A program made the position numbers and the translations under genes. DNA of 64,000 bases, taken from positions 357,926,001 to 357,990,000 of the forward strand of contig OZ024743.1 of the NCBI GenBank assembly GCA_964016885.1. Reading direction: 5' to 3'. This document shows, piece after piece, positions 30,705 through 42,566 of the stretch. The DNA comes from Eledone cirrhosa. Taxonomy: Eukaryota. The stretch's first letter is position 1; each line of letters starts with the position of its first letter. The notes under the pieces were generated by a model. The model made no database searches. It was given only the letters and a program-made list of their open reading frames with translations, and was not told the origin of the DNA.

Positions 30705-30749
30705 ATCATTATTATTATTATTATTATTGTTATTATTATTATTATTATT
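30705..30749. repeat. linker ATC(ATT)7GTT(ATT)6
   Basis: Counted directly. Confidence 0.9.
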
Positions 30750-30962
30750 GAATGCCATGGTTGACGGAGGCTCGGCTCTGTAAGGTATAGTAATTTTTAA
30801 CCGTTAAAACAATTGTAAATTGTTTAAAACTTGAACCAAATTGTTGATAAAGACACCCTCCTCCTCGTGAGAGGGGTCTTTCTGTCCGTTATTTGGCCCT
30901 TCGGGGTTAAATAGCCAGTTATTGGGGTTTTGTACCCAAAATTTCATTTTAAACAAAAAAAC

Positions 30963-33056
30963 ATGGCTACCAAAAAAAAAAAATTTCATACGTCACTCCC
31001 ACTCATTCCGTCTTCTTCTTCCTCAATCATCACTACAGGAGAGAGAAGATTGTCTCTCTCCCTCCCTTCTTTAAATGTGTCTCTCTCCCTACCTTCTCTT
31101 TCGCAAGCGACGAAAGAAAAGAAAAGTCTCGTGCAAAGCGTGCAAGGTTTCTCCACGACGACGACGACAGCGACGAAACAGGTGTGCGGGAAATACGAAA
31201 ACCCAGTTCATTCGTCTGACGTCAGGAATAATAGCAGTAGCAGCCGTAATAACAACAGCAACAGTGACAATGAAAACAACAGTAGCAGCCGCAACAGCAT
31301 CACCAGCAGCATAAACAACAACAGCATTAGCAGCAGCAACACCAACAACAACCACAGCAACAGCGGCGGAGGCAGTAGTCGTAGTACCTGCAGCAACAAC
31401 AAAAGTACCAGCAGCTCTGACGACAACAACAACAGCAGAGAAAAACCAATCTCATTTGCAGGTATTGCGAAAAACCTGGAAACAATCCTCATAACAAATG
31501 AGGAATTAGAGGAAGCGAAGAAGATGGTGACAAAGAACGGACACCGAGCAATCTGCAAGGCAGCGAAAAATTTTTTCGAAACCCAAGAGCACTGTACGGT
31601 CACGTACCGTACAGTAAGTACAAAATCCCGTAGGGTGGAAAGAGCCACAGAGGCCCAAATACAAAAAGCCTTGGGGTCTGTGTGGCAGAGGAAAACGCAC
31701 ATCACCCGAGGCAAAAAATACGCCACCGTAGACGTACTTTTTGCCACACCCCAGGAGGCAAAGGCCCAATCAGTAGTGACCCTAAGGAGCGAGGAAATGG
31801 TGTTGGTGCCCTCCTACTGCGGGCAAAAAATTGTGAGGGTCAAACTGACCCACGTCCCCCCCGGAATGACCCCTTCTTGGCTGGCCGCGTCTGTCCTCGT
31901 CGGAATCGAGGACAAAACAACTGTACTGCAAGTACAGAAAAAAGTAAGAGAAGATTGGGTCGGCTCCTCCATTGAGATGCTAATCCAAACCAACCAGGAG
32001 TGCATCGAAGCTATCCCGGATGTGATAGACTTCGATAACGGCACTCAACTGCCCATAAGTGTTGAGGGCAAACGCCCGAAATGCTTTCGCTGTGGATCGA
32101 AGACTCACCTCAGGGCCTTCTGCAACGAGAAGACCCTGAGAAAGGAGAAAACCCCCCTCCTCCCGAATCCGGTTCCACGGCTACCAGCAACAGGACAAGC
32201 GGCAACCAGGAACGATAGGTCCGTGGCACCCATACCCACTCCACGGAAATCAAAGACAGCAGCAGCAGTGGAAATATTAACAACAACAACAGCAATACCA
32301 AATGCAGCTGCAACAGAGACTCCAGTGCAAACATCACCAACAACAACAAGTGAAAGAGTGGAGCTGGTACCCCTCCCCGACCTTACAGAATCAGACATGG
32401 AGTGTGAGGTGGGAGAGGGATGGCAAAAGGTCTCAAGAAGGCACAAACGCAGAAGCAGCGCATCGTCGCCTTTGAAAAGGGAGGAAAGAAATGAGAAAAG
32501 GGTAAAGTCTACTGCAAAGAGACCCACAGCAGCAACACCACCAACACCATCACCACCCACACCAGCACCACCATCACCACCGGCGACAACCCCACCGCCA
32601 ACAACACCTTCAACACCACAAGCACCAACATCGCAAACACAACAACAAAACACACACACCCAGCAACAACGACAAGAAAATAGCAGAACCACACCCCACC
32701 CCCAGAAAAACAAATGCACGGCAATAAACACACACAACAAGAAACTAATGACTTACATAATTGAACACACAGACATTTCACAACAGGACTACATAATACC
32801 AGCACCAATCAAAACGCCAACTAACATAAGACTGCTAAAAATAGCACAGAAACAATACACAAACATTAAAACGAAATTCCCCAACGCAGTTGGTGATTTC
32901 AGGGACCTAGGAGGAACCATTAATCGAAGAGTATATTCAGACATTCTCTTAGAAGAGCCGACGACCAGCCGAAGGGACGATTCAACGGTCCCTTCACCAG
33001 ACGATCAAGTGAAAAGGGATGTAAAAACCATCCCTCCTCTACCAAAAATACGGTAA
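30963..33056 (+). CDS. ORF1p copy 5
   Basis: As copy 1 minus 2 Pro. Confidence 0.9.
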   Translation: MATKKKKFHTSLPLIPSSSSSIITTGERRLSLSLPSLNVSLSLPSLSQATKEKKSLVQSVQGFSTTTTTATKQVCGKYENPVHSSDVRNNSSSSRNNNSNSDNENNSSSRNSITSSINNNSISSSNTNNNHSNSGGGSSRSTCSNNKSTSSSDDNNNSREKPISFAGIAKNLETILITNEELEEAKKMVTKNGHRAICKAAKNFFETQEHCTVTYRTVSTKSRRVERATEAQIQKALGSVWQRKTHITRGKKYATVDVLFATPQEAKAQSVVTLRSEEMVLVPSYCGQKIVRVKLTHVPPGMTPSWLAASVLVGIEDKTTVLQVQKKVREDWVGSSIEMLIQTNQECIEAIPDVIDFDNGTQLPISVEGKRPKCFRCGSKTHLRAFCNEKTLRKEKTPLLPNPVPRLPATGQAATRNDRSVAPIPTPRKSKTAAAVEILTTTTAIPNAAATETPVQTSPTTTSERVELVPLPDLTESDMECEVGEGWQKVSRRHKRRSSASSPLKREERNEKRVKSTAKRPTAATPPTPSPPTPAPPSPPATTPPPTTPSTPQAPTSQTQQQNTHTQQQRQENSRTTPHPQKNKCTAINTHNKKLMTYIIEHTDISQQDYIIPAPIKTPTNIRLLKIAQKQYTNIKTKFPNAVGDFRDLGGTINRRVYSDILLEEPTTSRRDDSTVPSPDDQVKRDVKTIPPLPKIR

Positions 33057-33091
33057 GTGGTCTTTCCCATCTTTTCCACTCTATTTTAAAC

Positions 33092-36000
33092 ATGACCTCA
33101 CTCAGAATAGGCAGCATAAATGCGCGTGGCTTGGGGTCGTCATGGAAGCAGGGTCACCTGCTCAACGACCTCAGGTCACTAAACATAGATGTAGTGGCCA
33201 TCAGCGAGACCAGAATCTCCGAAGCACGGGCCTTCGCACCGATCTTCGGCGGCTACGATGTGTACGCATCTCCCAGCCGTCCTGGATCGGGTGGAGGAGT
33301 TGCTGTGCTTTTTCGGAGAGGTTTGGATCTCGCCATACGGGCCATCTTCCTGGACCCAGAGGGTAAGCTGGTGGTGCTGGACGTGACCAGCGGAGACGGG
33401 CAAGCTTTCAGGCTAGTGGCCGTCTATGCCCCGACAGGAGCAGGGCGGCCTGATTTCTTCCGGCGTCTGGAGACCTTTCTTGGAACGTCGCGCTCTTTAG
33501 TGTTAGTGGGCGACTGGAACGGGATCTTAGATGCACGCTGGGACTGTGTGGGATTAGCGGATAGGGGTGGAGGGTGCAAGAGCCTCACCAACCTGCTCAG
33601 GCGTTTTGAACTGTCTGACAGGTACCGATTGGATTTCCCGAATGTGCCAATGTGGACTTGGACAAACCGCATAGGGTCATCCAGATCATATCTAGATAGA
33701 GTATTTTGTAGGGAAATAGATAGGTCTAGCATAGGCTGTCCACAATTCAAGATAGTCAGCTACACGGACCACAAATTCGTGATCTGTGTGCTTGACTTAG
33801 ATAGGCTTCATAGACGAGGACCCGGCTACTGGAAGCTAAACGCGTCCTTACCAGCGCGCAAGGCCTACAGAGACCGGATTAGCGAACTAGTTAAGCGGGC
33901 GTTGACGGGGGCCATCGTCAACAACAAGTGGTGGTTTGCTCTGAAAAGAGCGATTAGAATAGAATCGATTAGGTTTAGTAAGGCTTTAGCAATAGAGAAA
34001 AATAGAGCAGAGGGAGAACTAGTTAGAAAATTAGACGAGGCGCTTAGCAAAGGCATTGCGACCGACGTGCTTGCGGCGAAATTGGCCCTTGACCAATTCT
34101 TCAATGCAAAGCACGAAGGCTGCGTTGTCAGAGCTAGGGTGCGTGCTCTCAGACACGAGGGGACGAAAGCCGTTCAATGGGCCCGAGTGGCGGAGGCGCG
34201 TCGTGGCAACAAAGCCACGATCCGGTCTTTGGTGGACCACGACGGGCGCATGCTACTCGATCCCGGGCAAATGTGTGAAGCTTTTCAGCGACACTTCGCT
34301 CAGCTGTTCGGGGGCAGCGGGGGGCCGGGTAGAGGGATGGACTTTAGTGTCTACCTCGACGGACTGCCGCGGCTCTCGGCCACTGAGGCGAAGTGTTGCG
34401 AAAAGCCGATAACAGCCGCTGAAGTAAGGGAGGCAATGACTGGCTGCACAAGGGGTAAATCGCCTGGTTTGGATGGTCTGCCCTATGAACTTTACGTACA
34501 GATGCCAGACTTGTTCGGAGGCCTCTTGGCGGACGTCTACTGCAACTGGCAACAGAACGGGAGAATTCCCAGTTCTGTGAGCCGAGGAGCGGTGGCACTG
34601 CTGAGAAAGGATCCGAACAAGGGGGATAACATAGACAATTTCCGGCCCATAACTCTGCTAAACACAGAGTTTAAGATTTTGGCCAAGGTGCTAGCAAAGA
34701 GGTTGGCGCTTGTCGTTGGTGGTCTGGTGGGAGAGGCGCAGACATGCGCCATTCCCGACAGATCCATCCACGACAACCTCCACCTCATGCGATACATCGT
34801 AGAGAGGGTAGCTAGGGAACCTGGCACGGGTGGGTCCTTGATCAATTTAGATCAGTCGAAAGCTTTCGATAGGGTCGACCATCGTTACCTAGCGGCAGTC
34901 CTGAGGGCGGCTGGCTTTGGGCCCGTCTTCAGAGGCTGGATCGCTGCCATGCACAGCGACATCTGCTCTGTGGTGAGAGTGAACGGTCACCTGTCGGAAC
35001 CGTTCAACATCATGCGCTCGGTCCGCCAAGGATGTCCCCTCTCGTCCCTCTTGTACGTATTGACTCTCGAGCCATTACTGCACAAACTGGAGACGTTGAG
35101 GGGAGTCCCGCGCGAACTAGGATGCGGAAGATCCGTGTCAGCATATGCGGACGATGTCACCGTAGTGGTGTCGAACGCCAAACACATCGAGGCGATCGGC
35201 ACTACACTAAGAGAATACGAAGCGGTGACAGGAGCAATGATCAACCAGGAAAAGTCAGTGGGCCTGCAGCTCGGCACCTGGAGAGGCAGGTCCATGCCGT
35301 CCAACAGCGTCGTCGGGCGCTGGACGGACGGACCGGTTAAATTGCTAGGGGTCTGGTTCGGTCCGGACCTCCAGACGGACAAAAACTGGGACGAGGTGAC
35401 GAGCAGGGTGGCTTCTCTCACCCAGAAATGGGCGGAGAGGAAGCTATCCCTGAAAGGTCGAGCGGAGGTGGCTAACGCGTACATCGCGTCTGTCATCTGC
35501 TACCGCCTAACCGTCGTACCTTGTCCTAAGCCTCGCCTGACTGCGCTGGAGCGTTTGCTCTTTCGCTTTTTGTGGAAGGGACGTGCTCCGATGGTCAGGC
35601 GGTCCATCTGTTGTCAACACCCGCTACGTGGAGGGCTGGGCATGCCGTGGCTGATGATGCGCAGGCACGCGCTCAGGCTACGACATCTCCACCTCTTCCT
35701 CGACGGTGATCAGGTGTGGTCGCCGTTTGCTAGACGCGTTTTTCCCCAGCTCGTTTCCTTGACGGAGCTGCAGTCCTGGGTCAAGCGAAGACCGAGAGGG
35801 AGCGCCTGGAGACTGGAATGTCTTCAGGCGCTCACAGCCCTCGACCAATCGGGCAATGTGATCGGTGGAAACTCCACCTCGGCGTTCTATAGAGGATTAG
35901 TGGAGGGGAAGAGCGACGACGTACTTGGGGAAACTCTAGGCGTCGACGAAAATCAACTAGCCAATCTCTTCGGAAGAACTTTCGGGCCAGGGCCTATGGA

Positions 36001-36511
36001 CAACTTCCAGAAATCTCTGGCCTGGCAGTGCTACCGAGGAGCCTTGCCAGTTCGGGATAAACTCTACAGGCATGGAGGTGCCGTCAGCCGGGCATGTCCG
36101 AGATGCGCGCAGGGCGACGAAACCGTCCTGCACGCACTCGTCCAGTGTCCGAAAATTGCTGACTTGTGGGTTTATGTCGAACACCTGCTGTCGCGTTTAG
36201 GACGGATCCAGCTATCATCTGAGTCTATCGTGAGGATTGCCCCGCCCTCCTCCTTTAGCCGGGAAGGGCAGGCAGTTTTTATCTGTCTGGTGGCCATGGC
36301 GAAAGAGATAGTATGGTGGACACGTTTGAAAGGGCTGAAGACGAGCACTTACCTCTTCGGTGATGCTCTGATTGACTTTTTCAAATTTCATTTGAAAAGG
36401 AAAATCAGAGTAGAGAAGGAAGTGCTCTCTTCCCAGCATTTTGTTGAAAGATGGGTGAGAGAAGCAAGAATGGCCCGAGTGAATGGGCCGACTCTGAGTA
36501 TATATCTGTAA
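33092..36511 (+). CDS. ORF2p copy 5
   Basis: Intact 1139 aa. Confidence 0.97.
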   Translation: MTSLRIGSINARGLGSSWKQGHLLNDLRSLNIDVVAISETRISEARAFAPIFGGYDVYASPSRPGSGGGVAVLFRRGLDLAIRAIFLDPEGKLVVLDVTSGDGQAFRLVAVYAPTGAGRPDFFRRLETFLGTSRSLVLVGDWNGILDARWDCVGLADRGGGCKSLTNLLRRFELSDRYRLDFPNVPMWTWTNRIGSSRSYLDRVFCREIDRSSIGCPQFKIVSYTDHKFVICVLDLDRLHRRGPGYWKLNASLPARKAYRDRISELVKRALTGAIVNNKWWFALKRAIRIESIRFSKALAIEKNRAEGELVRKLDEALSKGIATDVLAAKLALDQFFNAKHEGCVVRARVRALRHEGTKAVQWARVAEARRGNKATIRSLVDHDGRMLLDPGQMCEAFQRHFAQLFGGSGGPGRGMDFSVYLDGLPRLSATEAKCCEKPITAAEVREAMTGCTRGKSPGLDGLPYELYVQMPDLFGGLLADVYCNWQQNGRIPSSVSRGAVALLRKDPNKGDNIDNFRPITLLNTEFKILAKVLAKRLALVVGGLVGEAQTCAIPDRSIHDNLHLMRYIVERVAREPGTGGSLINLDQSKAFDRVDHRYLAAVLRAAGFGPVFRGWIAAMHSDICSVVRVNGHLSEPFNIMRSVRQGCPLSSLLYVLTLEPLLHKLETLRGVPRELGCGRSVSAYADDVTVVVSNAKHIEAIGTTLREYEAVTGAMINQEKSVGLQLGTWRGRSMPSNSVVGRWTDGPVKLLGVWFGPDLQTDKNWDEVTSRVASLTQKWAERKLSLKGRAEVANAYIASVICYRLTVVPCPKPRLTALERLLFRFLWKGRAPMVRRSICCQHPLRGGLGMPWLMMRRHALRLRHLHLFLDGDQVWSPFARRVFPQLVSLTELQSWVKRRPRGSAWRLECLQALTALDQSGNVIGGNSTSAFYRGLVEGKSDDVLGETLGVDENQLANLFGRTFGPGPMDNFQKSLAWQCYRGALPVRDKLYRHGGAVSRACPRCAQGDETVLHALVQCPKIADLWVYVEHLLSRLGRIQLSSESIVRIAPPSSFSREGQAVFICLVAMAKEIVWWTRLKGLKTSTYLFGDALIDFFKFHLKRKIRVEKEVLSSQHFVERWVREARMARVNGPTLSIYL

Positions 36512-36771
36512 ACTAAAGGTGGAAAACTGGGAGAGGGCACTTGCCTTGGTGGTCAGGGTCATTGTGGCTTTTTACTGGGCTTTCTCCACAAATGTCCCTC
36601 CGAAGTCTCCCCCCTATTGGGGAATTTTTCATTGTTATTTTCATTGTTATTTTTGTTACATCCTCTATTTTTGTTTTTTTTACACGCAGAAATGCCCATT
36701 TGTACCGTCCTGCATTGTCCTGCACTGTCCTTAATGTCTACTTTATGTAAACCCTTGTGGTTAATAAAGAA

Positions 36772-36798
36772 ATCATTATTATTATTATTATTATTATT
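36772..36798. repeat. linker ATC(ATT)8
   Basis: Counted directly. Confidence 0.9.
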
Positions 36799-37011
36799 GA
36801 ATGCCATGGTTGACGGAGGCTCGGCTCTGTAAGGTATAGTAATTTTTAACCGTTAAAACAATTGTAAATTGTTTAAAACTTGAACCAAATTGTTGATAAA
36901 GACACCCTCCTCCTCGTGAGAGGGGTCTTTCTGTCCGTTATTTGGCCCTTCGGGGTTAAATAGCCAGTTATTGGGGTTTTGTACCCAAAATTTCATTTTA
37001 AACAAAACAAC

Positions 37012-39111
37012 ATGGCTACCAAAAAAAAAAAATTTCATACGTCACTCCCACTCATTCCGTCTTCTTCTTCCTCAATCATCACTACAGGAGAGAGAAGATT
37101 GTCTCTCTCCCTCCCTTCTTTAAATGTGTCTCTCTCCCTACCTTCTCTTTCGCAAGCGACGAAAGAAAAGAAAAGTCTCGTGCAAAGCGTGCAAGGTTTC
37201 TCCACGACGACGACGACAGCGACGAAACAGGTGTGCGGGAAATACGAAAACCCAGTTCATTCGTCTGACGTCAGGAATAATAGCAGTAGCAGCCGTAATA
37301 ACAACAGCAACAGTGACAATGAAAACAACAGTAGCAGCCGCAACAGCATCACCAGCAGCATAAACAACAACAGCATTAGCAGCAGCAACACCAACAACAA
37401 CCACAGCAACAGCGGCGGAGGCAGTAGTCGTAGTACCTGCAGCAACAACAAAAGTACCAGCAGCTCTGACGACAACAACAACAGCAGAGAAAAACCAATC
37501 TCATTTGCAGGTATTGCGAAAAACCTGGAAACAATCCTCATAACAAATGAGGAATTAGAGGAAGCGAAGAAGATGGTGACAAAGAACGGACACCGAGCAA
37601 TCTGCAAGGCAGCGAAAAATTTTTTCGAAACCCAAGAGCACTGTACGGTCACGTACCGTACAGTAAGTACAAAATCCCGTAGGGTGGAAAGAGCCACAGA
37701 GGCCCAAATACAAAAAGCCTTGGGGTCTGTGTGGCAGAGGAAAACGCACATCACCCGAGGCAAAAAATACGCCACCGTAGACGTACTTTTTGCCACACCC
37801 CAGGAGGCAAAGGCCCAATCAGTAGTGACCCTAAGGAGCGAGGAAATGGTGTTGGTGCCCTCCTACTGCGGGCAAAAAATTGTGAGGGTCAAACTGACCC
37901 ACGTCCCCCCCGGAATGACCCCTTCTTGGCTGGCCGCGTCTGTCCTCGTCGGAATCGAGGACAAAACAACTGTACTGCAAGTACAGAAAAAAGTAAGAGA
38001 AGATTGGGTCGGCTCCTCCATTGAGATGCTAATCCAAACCAACCAGGAGTGCATCGAAGCTATCCCGGATGTGATAGACTTCGATAACGGCACTCAACTG
38101 CCCATAAGTGTTGAGGGCAAACGCCCGAAATGCTTTCGCTGTGGATCGAAGACTCACCTCAGGGCCTTCTGCAACGAGAAGACCCTGAGAAAGGAGAAAA
38201 CCCCCCTCCTCCCGAATCCGGTTCCACGGCTACCAGCAACAGGACAAGCGGCAACCAGGAACGATAGGTCCGTGGCACCCATACCCACTCCACGGAAATC
38301 AAAGACAGCAGCAGCAGTGGAAATATTAACAACAACAACAGCAATACCAAATGCAGCTGCAACAGAGACTCCAGTGCAAACATCACCAACAACAACAAGT
38401 GAAAGAGTGGAGCTGGTACCCCTCCCCGACCTTACAGAATCAGACATGGAGTGTGAGGTGGGAGAGGGATGGCAAAAGGTCTCAAGAAGGCACAAACGCA
38501 GAAGCAGCGCATCGTCGCCTTTGAAAAGGGAGGAAAGAAATGAGAAAAGGGTAAAGTCTACTGCAAAGAGACCCACAGCAGCAACACCACCAACACCATC
38601 ACCACCCACACCAGCACCACCATCACCACCGGCGACAACCCCACCGCCAACAACACCTTCAACACCACCACCACAAGCACCAACATCGCAAACACAACAA
38701 CAAAACACACACACCCAGCAACAACGACAAGAAAATAGCAGAACCACACCCCACCCCCAGAAAAACAAATGCACGGCAATAAACACACACAACAAGAAAC
38801 TAATGACTTACATAATTGAACACACAGACATTTCACAACAGGACTACATAATACCAGCACCAATCAAAACGCCAACTAACATAAGACTGCTAAAAATAGC
38901 ACAGAAACAATACACAAACATTAAAACGAAATTCCCCAACGCAGTTGGTGATTTCAGGGACCTAGGAGGAACCATTAATCGAAGAGTATATTCAGACATT
39001 CTCTTAGAAGAGCCGACGACCAGCCGAAGGGACGATTCAACGGTCCCTTCACCAGACGATCAAGTGAAAAGGGATGTAAAAACCATCCCTCCTCTACCAA
39101 AAATACGGTAA
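37012..39111 (+). CDS. ORF1p copy 6
   Basis: As copy 1. Confidence 0.9.
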   Translation: MATKKKKFHTSLPLIPSSSSSIITTGERRLSLSLPSLNVSLSLPSLSQATKEKKSLVQSVQGFSTTTTTATKQVCGKYENPVHSSDVRNNSSSSRNNNSNSDNENNSSSRNSITSSINNNSISSSNTNNNHSNSGGGSSRSTCSNNKSTSSSDDNNNSREKPISFAGIAKNLETILITNEELEEAKKMVTKNGHRAICKAAKNFFETQEHCTVTYRTVSTKSRRVERATEAQIQKALGSVWQRKTHITRGKKYATVDVLFATPQEAKAQSVVTLRSEEMVLVPSYCGQKIVRVKLTHVPPGMTPSWLAASVLVGIEDKTTVLQVQKKVREDWVGSSIEMLIQTNQECIEAIPDVIDFDNGTQLPISVEGKRPKCFRCGSKTHLRAFCNEKTLRKEKTPLLPNPVPRLPATGQAATRNDRSVAPIPTPRKSKTAAAVEILTTTTAIPNAAATETPVQTSPTTTSERVELVPLPDLTESDMECEVGEGWQKVSRRHKRRSSASSPLKREERNEKRVKSTAKRPTAATPPTPSPPTPAPPSPPATTPPPTTPSTPPPQAPTSQTQQQNTHTQQQRQENSRTTPHPQKNKCTAINTHNKKLMTYIIEHTDISQQDYIIPAPIKTPTNIRLLKIAQKQYTNIKTKFPNAVGDFRDLGGTINRRVYSDILLEEPTTSRRDDSTVPSPDDQVKRDVKTIPPLPKIR

Positions 39112-39146
39112 GTGGTCTTTCCCATCTTTTCCACTCTATTTTAAAC

Positions 39147-42100
39147 ATGACCTCACTCAGAATAGGCAGCATAAATGCGCGTGGCTTGGGGTCGTCATGG
39201 AAGCAGGGTCACCTGCTCAACGACCTCAGGTCACTAAACATAGATGTAGTGGCCATCAGCGAGACCAGAATCTCCGAAGCACGGGCCTTCGCACCGATCT
39301 TCGGCGGCTACGATGTGTACGCATCTCCCAGCCGTCCTGGATCGGGTGGAGGAGTTGCTGTGCTTTTTCGGAGAGGTTTGGATCTCGCCATACGGGCCAT
39401 CTTCCTGGACCCAGAGGGTAAGCTGGTGGTGCTGGACGTGACCAGCGGAGACGGGCAAGCTTTCAGGCTAGTGGCCGTCTATGCCCCGACAGGAGCAGGG
39501 CGGCCTGATTTCTTCCGGCGTCTGGAGACCTTTCTTGGAACGTCGCGCTCTTTAGTGTTAGTGGGCGACTGGAACGGGATCTTAGATGCACGCTGGGACT
39601 GTGTGGGATTAGCGGATAGGGGTGGAGGGTGCAAGAGCCTCACCAACCTGCTCAGGCGTTTTGAACTGTCTGACAGGTACCGATTGGATTTCCCGAATGT
39701 GCCAATGTGGACTTGGACAAACCGCATAGGGTCATCCAGATCATATCTAGATAGAGTATTTTGTAGGGAAATAGATAGGTCTAGCATAGGCTGTCCACAA
39801 TTCAAGATAGTCAGCTACACGGACCACAAATTCGTGATCTGTGTGCTTGACTTAGATAGGCTTCATAGACGAGGACCCGGCTACTGGAAGCTAAACGCGT
39901 CCTTACCAGCGCGCAAGGCCTACAGAGACCGGATTAGCGAACTAGTTAAGCGGGCGTTGACGGGGGCCATCGTCAACAACAAGTGGTGGTTTGCTCTGAA
40001 AAGAGCGATTAGAATAGAATCGATTAGGTTTAGTAAGGCTTTAGCAATAGAGAAAAATAGAGCAGAGGGAGAACTAGTTAGAAAATTAGACGAGGCGCTT
40101 AGCAAAGGCATTGCGACCGACGTGCTTGCGGCGAAATTGGCCCTTGACCAATTCTTCAATGCAAAGCACGAAGGCTGCGTTGTCAGAGCTAGGGTGCGTG
40201 CTCTCAGACACGAGGGGACGAAAGCCGTTCAATGGGCCCGAGTGGCGGAGGCGCGTCGTGGCAACAAAGCCACGATCCGGTCTTTGGTGGACCACGACGG
40301 GCGCATGCTACTCGATCCCGGGCAAATGTGTGAAGCTTTTCAGCGACACTTCGCTCAGCTGTTCGGGGGCAGCGGGGGGCCGGGTAGAGGGATGGACTTT
40401 AGTGTCTACCTCGACGGGCTGCCGCGGCTCTCGGCCACTGAGGCGAGGTGTTGCGAAAAGCCGATAACAGCCGCTGAAGTACGGGAGGCAATGACTGGCT
40501 GCACAAGGGGTAAATCGCCTGGTTTGGATGGTCTGCCCTATGAACTTTACGTACAGATGCCAGACTTGTTCGGAGGCCTCTTGGCGGACGTCTACTGCAA
40601 CTGGCAACAGAACGGGAGAATTCCCAGTTCTGTGAGCCGAGGAGCGGTGGCACTGCTGAGAAAGGATCCGAACAAGGGGGATAACATAGACAATTTCCGG
40701 CCCATAACTCTGCTAAACACAGAGTTTAAGATTTTGGCCAAGGTGCTAGCAAAGAGGTTGGCGCTTGTCGTTGGTGGTCTGGTGGGAGAGGCGCAGACAT
40801 GCGCCATTCCCGACAGATCCATCCACGACAACCTCCACCTCATGCGATACATCGTAGAGAGGGTAGCTAGGGAACCTGGCACGGGTGGGTCCTTGATCAA
40901 TTTAGATCAGTCGAAAGCTTTCGATAGGGTCGACCATCGTTACCTAGCGGCAGTCCTGAGGGCGGCTGGCTTTGGGCCCGTCTTCAGAGGCTGGATCGCT
41001 GCCATGCACAGCGACATCTGCTCTGTGGTGAGAGTGAACGGTCACCTGTCGGAACCGTTCAACATCATGCGCTCGGTCCGCCAAGGATGTCCCCTCTCGT
41101 CCCTCTTGTACGTATTGACTCTCGAGCCATTACTGCACAAACTGGAGACGTTGAGGGGAGTCCCGCGCGAACTAGGATGCGGAAGATCCGTGTCAGCATA
41201 TGCGGACGATGTCACCGTAGTGGTGTCGAACGCCAAACACATCGAGGCGATCGGCACTACACTAAGAGAATACGAAGCGGTGACAGGAGCAATGATCAAC
41301 CAGGAAAAGTCAGTGGGCCTGCAGCTCGGCACCTGGAGAGGCAGGTCCATGCCGTCCAACAGCGTCGTCGGGCGCTGGACGGACGGACCGGTTAAATTGC
41401 TAGGGGTCTGGTTCGGTCCGGACCTCCAGACGGACAAAAACTGGGACGAGGTGACGAGCAGGGTGGCTTCTCTCACCCAGAAATGGGCGGAGAGGAAGCT
41501 ATCCCTGAAAGGTCGAGCGGAGGTGGCTAACGCGTACATCGCGTCTGTCATCTGCTACCGCCTAACCGTCGTACCTTGTCCTAAGCCTCGCCTGACTGCG
41601 CTGGAGCGTTTGCTCTTTCGCTTTTTGTGGAAGGGACGTGCTCCGATGGTCAGGCGGTCCATCTGTTGTCAACACCCGCTACGTGGAGGGCTGGGCATGC
41701 CGTGGCTGATGATGCGCAGGCACGCGCTCAGGCTACGACATCTCCACCTCTTCCTCGACGGTGATCAGGTGTGGTCGCCGTTTGCTAGACGCGTTTTTCC
41801 CCAGCTCGTTTCCTTGACGGAGCTGCAGTCCCGGGTCAAGCGAAGACCGAGAGGGAGCGCCTGGAGACTGGAATGTCTTCAGGCGCTCACAGCCCTCGAC
41901 CAATCGGGCAATGTGATCGGTGGAAACTCCACCTCGGCGTTCTATAGAGGATTAGTGGAGGGGAAGAGCGACGACGTACTTGGGGAAACTCTAGGCGTCG
42001 ATGAAAATCAACTAGCCAATCTCTTCGGAAGAACTTTCGGGCCGGGGCCTATGGACAACTTCCAGAAATCTCTGGCCTGGCAGTGCTACCGAGGAGCCTT

Positions 42101-42566
42101 GCCAGTTCGGGATAAACTCTACAGGCATGGAGGTGCCGTCAGCCGGGCATGTCCGAGATGCGCGCAGGGCGACGAAACCGTCCTGCACGCACTCGTCCAG
42201 TGTCCGAAAATTGCTGACTTGTGGGTTTATGTCGAACACCTGCTGTCGCGTTTAGGACGGATCCAGCTATCATCTGAGTCTATCGTGAGGATTGCCCCGC
42301 CCTCCTCCTTTAGCCGGGAAGGGCAGGCAGTTTTTATCTGTCTGGTGGCCATGGCGAAAGAGATAGTATGGTGGACACGTTTGAAAGGGCTGAAGACGAG
42401 CACTTACCTCTTCGGTGATGCTCTGATTGACTTTTTCAAATTTCATTTGAAAAGGAAAATCAGAGTAGAGAGGGAAGTGCTCTCTTCCCAGCATTTTGTT
42501 GAAAGATGGGTGAGAGAAGCAAGAATGGCCCGAGTGAATGGGCCGACTCTGAGTATATATCTGTAA
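39147..42566 (+). CDS. ORF2p copy 6
   Basis: Intact 1139 aa. Confidence 0.97.
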   Translation: MTSLRIGSINARGLGSSWKQGHLLNDLRSLNIDVVAISETRISEARAFAPIFGGYDVYASPSRPGSGGGVAVLFRRGLDLAIRAIFLDPEGKLVVLDVTSGDGQAFRLVAVYAPTGAGRPDFFRRLETFLGTSRSLVLVGDWNGILDARWDCVGLADRGGGCKSLTNLLRRFELSDRYRLDFPNVPMWTWTNRIGSSRSYLDRVFCREIDRSSIGCPQFKIVSYTDHKFVICVLDLDRLHRRGPGYWKLNASLPARKAYRDRISELVKRALTGAIVNNKWWFALKRAIRIESIRFSKALAIEKNRAEGELVRKLDEALSKGIATDVLAAKLALDQFFNAKHEGCVVRARVRALRHEGTKAVQWARVAEARRGNKATIRSLVDHDGRMLLDPGQMCEAFQRHFAQLFGGSGGPGRGMDFSVYLDGLPRLSATEARCCEKPITAAEVREAMTGCTRGKSPGLDGLPYELYVQMPDLFGGLLADVYCNWQQNGRIPSSVSRGAVALLRKDPNKGDNIDNFRPITLLNTEFKILAKVLAKRLALVVGGLVGEAQTCAIPDRSIHDNLHLMRYIVERVAREPGTGGSLINLDQSKAFDRVDHRYLAAVLRAAGFGPVFRGWIAAMHSDICSVVRVNGHLSEPFNIMRSVRQGCPLSSLLYVLTLEPLLHKLETLRGVPRELGCGRSVSAYADDVTVVVSNAKHIEAIGTTLREYEAVTGAMINQEKSVGLQLGTWRGRSMPSNSVVGRWTDGPVKLLGVWFGPDLQTDKNWDEVTSRVASLTQKWAERKLSLKGRAEVANAYIASVICYRLTVVPCPKPRLTALERLLFRFLWKGRAPMVRRSICCQHPLRGGLGMPWLMMRRHALRLRHLHLFLDGDQVWSPFARRVFPQLVSLTELQSRVKRRPRGSAWRLECLQALTALDQSGNVIGGNSTSAFYRGLVEGKSDDVLGETLGVDENQLANLFGRTFGPGPMDNFQKSLAWQCYRGALPVRDKLYRHGGAVSRACPRCAQGDETVLHALVQCPKIADLWVYVEHLLSRLGRIQLSSESIVRIAPPSSFSREGQAVFICLVAMAKEIVWWTRLKGLKTSTYLFGDALIDFFKFHLKRKIRVEREVLSSQHFVERWVREARMARVNGPTLSIYL

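Larger units (their letters stand above)
30750..36771 (+). mobile_element. retrotransposon copy 5, full length
   Basis: 6-bp in-frame deletion in the ORF1 Pro tract. Confidence 0.95.
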